Source: an uncultured Chloroflexia bacterium (GTDB lineage Bacteria; Chloroflexota; Limnocylindria; Limnocylindrales; CSP1-4). Taken from it: a DNA stretch of 64,000 nucleotides. Positions 57,990-64,000 of the stretch are shown here, in pieces; the first letter of the stretch is position 1; the number at the start of each line of letters is the position of its first letter. The DNA lies in the NCBI GenBank assembly GCA_963767165.1, contig CAVYCV010000005.1:196767-260766 (forward strand). The letters are read 5' to 3'. Made by a program: the position numbers and the translations under genes. A model generated the notes under the pieces. That model was not told where the DNA came from and did no database searches. It worked only from the letters and a program-made list of their open reading frames with translations.

Positions 57990-60119
57990 ATGGCCGAGAT
58001 CCTGACCGAATCCTTCTGCGAGCGATGCGGCTCGCGCTATACCTTCGAATCGGCGGTCCCACGCGCCCGGCTCCGGGGCGTCAAGGTCCTCTCGCGCGGC
58101 CTGAAGAACTTCGTCCTCGACGACAAGACCTCGATCGACGAGGCGATGGCCGCGGCGCGTGACGATACCGACCGCTCGCTGACCTCGCAGCAGCTCGAGG
58201 CTTTCCACAAGACCTTCAACTTCTGCATGCAGTGCCGGCAGTACATCTGCCCGAACTGCTGGAACGAGGGCGAGGGCCGGTGTCTCACCTGCGCGCCGAC
58301 GCTCGGTCGCGGCATCCTCCCGGCCCCGTTCCCCCACCTCGACCCCTCGGCGGGGGTCCTCGCGGCACCCGATGACGGCCTCGCCGCTGCGGCGATGAAC
58401 GGCCACACCCACGTCGGCGGCGAAACGAACGGCAACGGCTTCGATTCGGTCGGCCACCTCGAGACTCTGACGCAGGCCAGCGCGCCGAGCGCCCCGGTCG
58501 AGATGATCGGGGGCGAGGTCGAGGCGCGGGCGACCGTCGAGCCGGACGCCATCGCACCCGCGAGTGACGAGCCCGGGTCCGACGCGGTCGATGCCGAGGC
58601 TGCGGCGCTTGCTTCGCTCCACGCAACGGTGGCCGAACCCGAGGCCGAGCGCTTCATCTACGACCCATACGATCCGCCACCGCCCGCCCCGCCGGCAGCG
58701 CTCGTGGCCGACCCGGTGGTGGCCGAGCCCGTGGTGGCCGAAGTCGGGGCCCCGGCGCCGGAGCCCGAGGTCGTCGTCGAGGCCAGCCAGGTCCTCGAGA
58801 CGCCGACGCTCGAGCCCGAGGTCGCCGCCGAGGCTGCCGTCGCCGAGTCCGTCGCGGTCGACGAGACCGTCGCGGCCCAGGACGTCGTCGCCGAGGCCGG
58901 GGCCGAAACCGCCTCGGACGACGCCGAGGCCGGATCCGACCGCGCCGCCGCCCCGGCCGCCGAGACCAGCCTGTTGCTCGCCGGGCTGCGACCCGGACAG
59001 AGCCTCGACGAGGCCCTCGCCGCATTCGAGGCCGAGCCGGTGGCAGACGAGGCGGCCGAAGCCGTCGTCGCAGAAGCCGTCGTCGCGTCCGACGAGCCGG
59101 CGGCCCCCGAACCGATCGAGCACGCCGTGGCAGACGCCGCGGTGATCGCCGCGCTGGCGTCGACGGACCGGCCGAGACCCCGATCGCAGCTGATGACGCC
59201 GAGCCGGACCCACCGGACGCGGCGGTCCTGGCCGCCGCTGCCGCGGTCCTGGCCGGGCGCGCGCCGGCCGCTGCCGCCGCGCCGGCCCCGATCGCCCGCA
59301 CGTCGAGGAGCCGGTCGAGGCCAGCCGGAGCCCGTCGCCTTCGTCGAGCCCCTCGATGAGATCCTGCTCGGCGGCTCGGCCGCGTCCGAGCCCGTGGTCG
59401 ACGTCCAGCCCGGAAACCGAGCCGGAGCCCGCCTGGCAGGCCGAGCCGCTCGCCGACACGTCGCCGCCGCCGAAGTCATCGAGGCCCAGTCCGAGCCGGC
59501 CGTCGAGGCCGCGCCAGAGCCCACGGCGCCGGAGCCCGAGATCGAGATCGCCGCGGTCGAGGCCGCGCCAGAGCCCACGGCGCCGGAGCCCGAGATCGAG
59601 ATCGCCGCGGTCGAGGCCGCGCCAGAGCCCACGGCGCCGGAGCCCGAGATCGAGATCGCCGCGGTCGAGGCCGCGCCAGAGCCCACGGCGACGCAGCCCG
59701 GGATCGCCGCGGCCGCCGCCGACGACATCGTGGCCCAACCGACGTGGTCCATCCTCGCGCCGGACCCGCAGCCGGTCAGCGAGGTCCCCGGGCCGCTCGC
59801 CGACGGCCCCGCCTCGACGATCGCTCCCTTGGCGCCTGCCGCCCAGGCCGCGCCGCCCGCATCGGACGAGCCGAGCTGGCCGGCCCAACCGCAATGGCCG
59901 GCCGCGCAGGTTTCCTCCGGCCTGCCCTTCCTGGGTCGCCACGCCGTGCCGACCGGGGGCGTCGAAGCCCTGTGGGCCGAATCGACTCAGGCGGTCACTG
60001 CGCCGCGGACCGACGCGGACAAGCCCACCGGTGGCGTGCAGCCATGCACGAGCTGCGGCCTGTCACTCTCCGCCTCCGCCAGGTTCTGCCGGCGGTGCGG
60101 GACGTCCCAGGTCGGCTGA
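57990..60119 (+). CDS. double zinc-ribbon protein with long acidic Ala/Pro/Glu-rich low-complexity core containing 18-aa tandem repeats
   Basis: N-terminal Cys pairs CERCGS...CMQCRQYICPNCW...CLTCAP, and a C-terminal zinc ribbon CTSCGLSLSASARFCRRCG. The middle is low complexity and includes an Arg/Pro-rich stretch (about 59170-59330) that may be out of frame. Confidence 0.55.
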   Translation: MAEILTESFCERCGSRYTFESAVPRARLRGVKVLSRGLKNFVLDDKTSIDEAMAAARDDTDRSLTSQQLEAFHKTFNFCMQCRQYICPNCWNEGEGRCLTCAPTLGRGILPAPFPHLDPSAGVLAAPDDGLAAAAMNGHTHVGGETNGNGFDSVGHLETLTQASAPSAPVEMIGGEVEARATVEPDAIAPASDEPGSDAVDAEAAALASLHATVAEPEAERFIYDPYDPPPPAPPAALVADPVVAEPVVAEVGAPAPEPEVVVEASQVLETPTLEPEVAAEAAVAESVAVDETVAAQDVVAEAGAETASDDAEAGSDRAAAPAAETSLLLAGLRPGQSLDEALAAFEAEPVADEAAEAVVAEAVVASDEPAAPEPIEHAVADAAVIAALASTDRPRPRSQLMTPSRTHRTRRSWPPLPRSWPGARRPLPPRRPRSPARRGAGRGQPEPVAFVEPLDEILLGGSAASEPVVDVQPGNRAGARLAGRAARRHVAAAEVIEAQSEPAVEAAPEPTAPEPEIEIAAVEAAPEPTAPEPEIEIAAVEAAPEPTAPEPEIEIAAVEAAPEPTATQPGIAAAAADDIVAQPTWSILAPDPQPVSEVPGPLADGPASTIAPLAPAAQAAPPASDEPSWPAQPQWPAAQVSSGLPFLGRHAVPTGGVEALWAESTQAVTAPRTDADKPTGGVQPCTSCGLSLSASARFCRRCGTSQVG
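59501..59700 (+). repeat. perfect 54-bp tandem repeat (3 full copies + 1 partial) inside the zinc-ribbon protein CDS
   Basis: The unit GTCGAGGCCGCGCCAGAGCCCACGGCGCCGGAGCCCGAGATCGAGATCGCCGCG recurs at 59501, 59555 and 59609, with a diverged fourth copy from 59663. It encodes VEAAPEPTAPEPEIEIAA. Confidence 0.85.
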
Positions 60120-61004
60120 CCCGGACTCGACCTCTCCGGCCGCCGCGTCTCGCTCCGACTTCGAGGCTGCGTCTTCTCGAACGCGCACCCAGGCTGCGCC
60201 GTACAGCACGCCCTGGAACGTGAACGACAACCAGGCCAGGGCGATGAACGCCGTTGCGAGAGAACCCGCCAGCGCCGCGGCGCCCACGAGCCTGGGCGCC
60301 AGGAACACGAAGACCTGGCTCAGCACGACGACGACGACGGCGACGACCGCGGCCGGCAGGAGGACCGCAGACCACCGCGGCGCCCTCGGCGGCACCGTCC
60401 GATAGACAAGGGTCATGACCAGGAACGTCGCCACCAGCACGACCGGGGGCGACGTCAACAGACTGGACAGCGAGTGCCCGAACCGCGTCGTGTCAGGAAG
60501 CCAGGCGTCGGCGGCGCTCGACAGCCAGACCAGGATGATGAGGACGATCACGATCGCGATGAGGAGCGCGACCCACACGAACCCGCGGGCCGTGCGGCGA
60601 AGGATGTCGCGCTCCGGCTCGTCCGAGAAGATCCGCGAGAAGGCCACGTCGAGGGTCACGTAGAACTGGCTCACGGTCCACACGAGACCGACGATGCCGA
60701 TCACGGAGGTCAGGGCCGCGCCGCTCACGAGTCCCTCGAGCGTCCCGTCGATCAGGTCCTTGAGCGGCGGGAAGACCGAGGAGAGGGCGTCAGCCAGCTC
60801 CCGTTGGACGTCCTTGTTCGCGACGAGGACGCCGGCCAGACCGAGGGTGACCAGTGCGATGGGGATCGTGGCGAACAGGGCCGCGAACGCGAGGCCGTTC
60901 GCGAGGAGCCCGCCTGCCGCGCGGCCATAGGTGTCCAGGACGGCGCGCACGAATGCGACGCGCGGCCGCTCGAGGAACCGCTCGAGGATCGCGCCGGGAT
61001 CCAT
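60063..61004 (-). CDS. YihY/BrkB family inner-membrane protein
   Basis: Six TM helices with conserved ...LANGLAFAALFATIPIALVTL... and the YihY core. 313 aa. Confidence 0.8.
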   Translation of the reverse strand: MDPGAILERFLERPRVAFVRAVLDTYGRAAGGLLANGLAFAALFATIPIALVTLGLAGVLVANKDVQRELADALSSVFPPLKDLIDGTLEGLVSGAALTSVIGIVGLVWTVSQFYVTLDVAFSRIFSDEPERDILRRTARGFVWVALLIAIVIVLIILVWLSSAADAWLPDTTRFGHSLSSLLTSPPVVLVATFLVMTLVYRTVPPRAPRWSAVLLPAAVVAVVVVVLSQVFVFLAPRLVGAAALAGSLATAFIALAWLSFTFQGVLYGAAWVRVREDAASKSERDAAAGEVESGSADLGRPAPPAEPGGGGE

Positions 61005-61015
61005 CGGTCGCCCGA

Positions 61016-61261
61016 TCAGCTCCCCAGGTCGTCGAACAGGGCGGGCTGCAGGTCATCGGCCCGCACGCGACGGGGCGCCGCGATGAGGGCCCGCACCTCC
61101 CCGCGCCGCACGAACCGGCGACCACCCAGCTTGATGCTCTGGAGGCGTCCGGCCCTTGCCCAGCCGCCGATGGTCGATGGCGTGAAGTGGACGTTGGCGG
61201 CAGCCAGGATCTCCGCCGCCTCGGCCAGGGTGATCCAGTCCGCCGGTGCAGCCACGGTCAA
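61016..61261 (-). CDS. small helix-turn-helix DNA-binding protein (excisionase/MerR-superfamily HTH)
   Basis: ITLAEAAEILAANVHFTPSTIGGWARAGRLQSIKLGGRRFVRRGEV resembles an Xis-family HTH. No integrase or phage genes nearby. Confidence 0.55.
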   Translation of the reverse strand: MTVAAPADWITLAEAAEILAAANVHFTPSTIGGWARAGRLQSIKLGGRRFVRRGEVRALIAAPRRVRADDLQPALFDDLGS

Positions 61262-61629
61262 TCGCCGCCCTTCCTGGAGGTGGCCGTGTCGGCCCTGTCG
61301 GCTTTGGCGGCCTTGTCGGCGCCGGACGCGGACGTGTCGCTTTTCGTGTCGCTCTTCGTGTCGCTGGTCACCGTGGAGGTCGTTGCCGCCGTGCGCGCCG
61401 CGTCATCGGCGCCGCCGTCGCCGTCCTTCTTCGACGACGACGGGGACGAGGCGCGTCGCTCCTTCTTTGCCCAGCCGGATCCCTTGAAGTGGACGGCCGG
61501 AGCCGAGATCGCCTTGCGGACGGGGCCGCCGCCGCACAGCGGACACTCCGTCGGACTCGGGGCGTGAACGCCGTGGATCACCTCGAACCGTCGCTTGCAG
61601 TTCGCGCACTCGTAGTCGTAGATGGGCAT
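61258..61629 (-). CDS. FmdB family zinc-ribbon protein with Ser/Asp/Thr/Lys-rich tail
   Basis: MPIYDYECANCKRRFEV...CPLCGG is the FmdB/CxxC-x17-CxxC signature. The tail has SDTKSDTKSDT micro-repeats. Confidence 0.7.
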   Translation of the reverse strand: MPIYDYECANCKRRFEVIHGVHAPSPTECPLCGGGPVRKAISAPAVHFKGSGWAKKERRASSPSSSKKDGDGGADDAARTAATTSTVTSDTKSDTKSDTSASGADKAAKADRADTATSRKGGD

Positions 61630-61651
61630 TCGGGCGATCGTCGGGGCGGCC

Positions 61652-62323
61652 TCAGCCGCGCAGGAGGCGCATGCCGCATTTCGGGCAGTAGAACGCTCGC
61701 TCATGGGCCGAGGCGAACCCGCAGTGCGCGCAGACCAGACCGCCCCGCCCGGCCGCCGGCACGGGTCGCTCGATCTGGGTCATGCCCTGCGCGTACTGGC
61801 TGGCCAGGATGTTGGTAAGGATGCCGGACAGCAGCTTGGCCCCGATACGGTCGGTGTCGCCGCGAGCGCCGCGACCGCCCCAGCCCACCACGGCTCGACA
61901 GATCATGTCGCCGGTCGCCTCGTCCCAGTGGGACGCGACGCCACCGACGATGGCGTTGTACTCCGGGTAGCCCGCTGTATCGATCTCGCCGTCGAGCAGG
62001 GCGCAGGCGAAGGTGTCGAAGGCCAGGTCGACCGCGTCGATGGATTCCAGGACGACCAGTGCGTGGCGCGTGATCGGCGAATGGACGTGGTGGGCGTTGA
62101 GCCACTGCATGGCCTCGGACGGACGGGCGATCGTGGGGGTCGCCTGGCTGAACTCGATCGGCAACGGCGCCACGACCTCGATCTCCGACTGGGCGAGACC
62201 CGCCAGCATCCCGGGCAGCTCCGCGAGTGCCTTGGGGCCCGACTTCATCCGGACGCCCTCGCTGCTCTTGCCCGCGTAGTACAACTTCAGCTGGTGGTCC
62301 TGGGCGACGACCTCCTCGGGCAT
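61652..62323 (-). CDS. hypothetical protein with C-terminal zinc ribbon (CAHCGF...CPKCG)
   Basis: Start uncertain (ATG at 62323, or further upstream to 62623). No recognised catalytic domain. Confidence 0.35.
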   Translation of the reverse strand: MPEEVVAQDHQLKLYYAGKSSEGVRMKSGPKALAELPGMLAGLAQSEIEVVAPLPIEFSQATPTIARPSEAMQWLNAHHVHSPITRHALVVLESIDAVDLAFDTFACALLDGEIDTAGYPEYNAIVGGVASHWDEATGDMICRAVVGWGGRGARGDTDRIGAKLLSGILTNILASQYAQGMTQIERPVPAAGRGGLVCAHCGFASAHERAFYCPKCGMRLLRG

Positions 62324-62498
62324 CGTCAGGCCGGACTGGCGCGGAGGCGCGGCCGCGGCGGGTGCCGGTGCTTCGGCTGCACCTTTTCGCTTCAGGAACT
62401 CGAGGGGCACGTCGGGTCTCCCGGATGAACGGCTGGCTCCGCGGCCATGGTAGCAGGGCGCCTTGTCGCCTTTGCGAACACGGGCGGCCCGTTCGAGT

Positions 62499-64000
62499 TC
62501 AGGCGGGGCGGAAGATCGCGGCCTCGTAGGGCCGCAGCGCCAGACCCGTGCCGTCGCCGAAGGCCGGCGCGGCCGGATCGATGGTGTCGAACACCGGCTC
62601 CCAGCGGCTGCCAGGCCTGGCAACGACCCGGGCGGTCACGGTGTTGGCCGCGAAGTTGACCACGACCAGCGACGAGCGGCCCTCGCCTTCGCGAAGGAAC
62701 GCGAACACGTCGGCCGAGCCAGAGGCGACCTCCCGGTAGCTGCCGACCTGGAGCTCCGGATGCTGCCGCCGCAGCCAGATCAACCGGCGGTAGGTCGAGA
62801 GGACCGAGCGCGGGTCATGGTCCTGTGCCGCGACGTTGCGCCGATCGGTGTCGTTCGCCATCCGGATCCACGGCCGACCGGCCGTGAAACCGCCGTTCTG
62901 GCCGCCCCCGCCCCAGGGCATCGGCGAGCGGGCGGCGTCGCGATTCCACCACGGGACCAGGGCCCTGGTCAGGCGCCCGCCCCGCTTCGCCGGCGGGTCG
63001 ATGATCTCCGCCCAGGGCACCCTGACGTCACGCGCCGCGATCTCCTCGCCGTAGTACAGGAACGGCGTGCCGCGGAGGGTCAGGATCAACAGCGCAGAGG
63101 CACGGGCGATCGCGTCACCGTCGGCGACCGGATCCTTCGTCCCGGCCGACAGGCGGCTGACGTGGCGGGACTGGTCGTGGTTGGACAGGACGACGGTCGG
63201 CCATGTCCCCTCGGGGAAGATCTCCTCGTGGACCTTGCTCGCCCATGCGAAAGCCTTCGCCTTCCACCGCTGGTTGACCAGCAGGAAGTCGAAGACGAGA
63301 TGTCGAGGCCGTGCGAGGGCGGCCGCGGCCCGATAGTCCGCCGAGAACATCTCACCGACCGTCATCCGGCCCGGGAAGCCGTCGACCATGGCCCGGAACT
63401 CCTCGAGGAAGTCCAGCAGCTCCGGCCGGTCCTTGTCGTACAGGTGGTTCTGGCGCGAATACGGGCGGCGGTGGAACCTCCCCGCTCGCGGGTTCGACAG
63501 CAGCTCCTCGTTGCTTGAAGAAGGCGTTGAACACGTCGAGCCGGAAGCCGTCGACACCGCGCGCGAGCCAGGCCCGGGTCATCCGCAGCATCTCGGCCCG
63601 GACCGCGGGGTTCCGCCAGTTGAGGTCGGGTTGCTCGGGCAGGAACGTGTGCATGTAGAACTGGCCGCGGACGTCGTCCCACTCCCAGGCGGAGCCGCCG
63701 AAGAAGGAGACCCAGTTGTTCGGCCTGGCGCGTCGACCCGACCCCGCCGGCGGGTCGCGCCAGATGTACCAGTCGCCCTTCGGGCCGGAGCGGTCGCGTC
63801 GCGACTCCTGGAACCAGCGATGGGCGGAGCTCGTGTGGTTCATCACGAGGTCGAGGACGATCCGGATGCCACGCCGGTGGGCCTCGTCGACGAGCCGGTC
63901 GAAGTCGTCGAGCGTCCCGAAGAGCGGATCGATGGCGTCGTAGTCGGCCACGTCGTAGCCGACGTCGAAGCCGGGCGACGGGTGGATCGGCGACAGCCAG
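62499..64000 (-). pseudogene. GH13 alpha-amylase family glycosidase (alpha-glucosidase/trehalose-synthase-like), 5' end beyond the window, frameshift near 63515
   Basis: Regions II and III (DLVMNHTS, GVDGFRLDV) are in one frame (ORF 63352..63951, continuing to 64000). The C-terminal half (NEELLSNPRAG...YGEEI...) is in another (ORF 62499..63557). Junction is TTCTTCAAGCAACGAGGAGCTG. Confidence 0.7.

Noticed and set aside
1-64000. Search for mobile elements, integrases, transposases, CRISPR repeats and prophage genes
   Set aside because: None found. The small Xis-like HTH protein (61016..61261) has no integrase, att-like repeats or phage neighbours, so it is not called a mobile element.

Overview
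The window is about 71-72% GC, dense in genes, and looks like a chromosomal core region of a high-GC Gram-positive-like bacterium (inference from FhaA/FhaB, DUF4446 and an AdnB/AddA-like helicase-nuclease). No mobile element, CRISPR array or rRNA was found.

Gene content in order:
- a truncated M20 peptidase, ftsH and a tRNA-Met(CAT)
- an S8 subtilase locus with a duplicated I9-like propeptide module
- VanW, an NfeD-flotillin pair and an FtsB-like gene
- an MrfA/MrfB-like helicase-exonuclease pair
- a myo-inositol catabolic and sugar-ABC cluster (iolB, tal, iolE, iolG, rbsBCA-like, a LacI regulator, a PfkB kinase)
- ychF, a 2-hydroxyacid dehydrogenase, a Zn-metalloprotease, murI, a CpaE-like REC-ParA ATPase, a methyltransferase, an agmatinase and an M20 amidohydrolase
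- a 1083-aa UvrD-type helicase fused to a Cas4/AddB-like Fe-S nuclease, then rarA and a GT87-like membrane protein
- murJ, a secreted C39-like peptidase and a vapBC pair
- serC-like and serA genes followed by a histidine phosphatase
- the MoxR-DUF58-TgpA (transglutaminase) triad
- a reduced fhaA-fhaB-rodA-pbpA cell-wall cluster
- a double zinc-ribbon protein carrying perfect 54-bp tandem repeats
- YihY/BrkB, FmdB, and a GH13 glycosidase truncated by the window end

The most striking pattern is at least eight single-nucleotide frameshifts inside otherwise well-conserved genes: tal, iolE (two), the PfkB kinase, the cpaE-like gene, murJ, rodA and the GH13 gene. One is an extra G in a GGG run. Because essential cell-wall genes are hit, uncorrected indel errors are more likely than real pseudogenes.

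Caveat: coordinates follow the supplied ORF track; hand counting can be off by a few bases. Long antisense ORFs are common at this GC content and were discounted.
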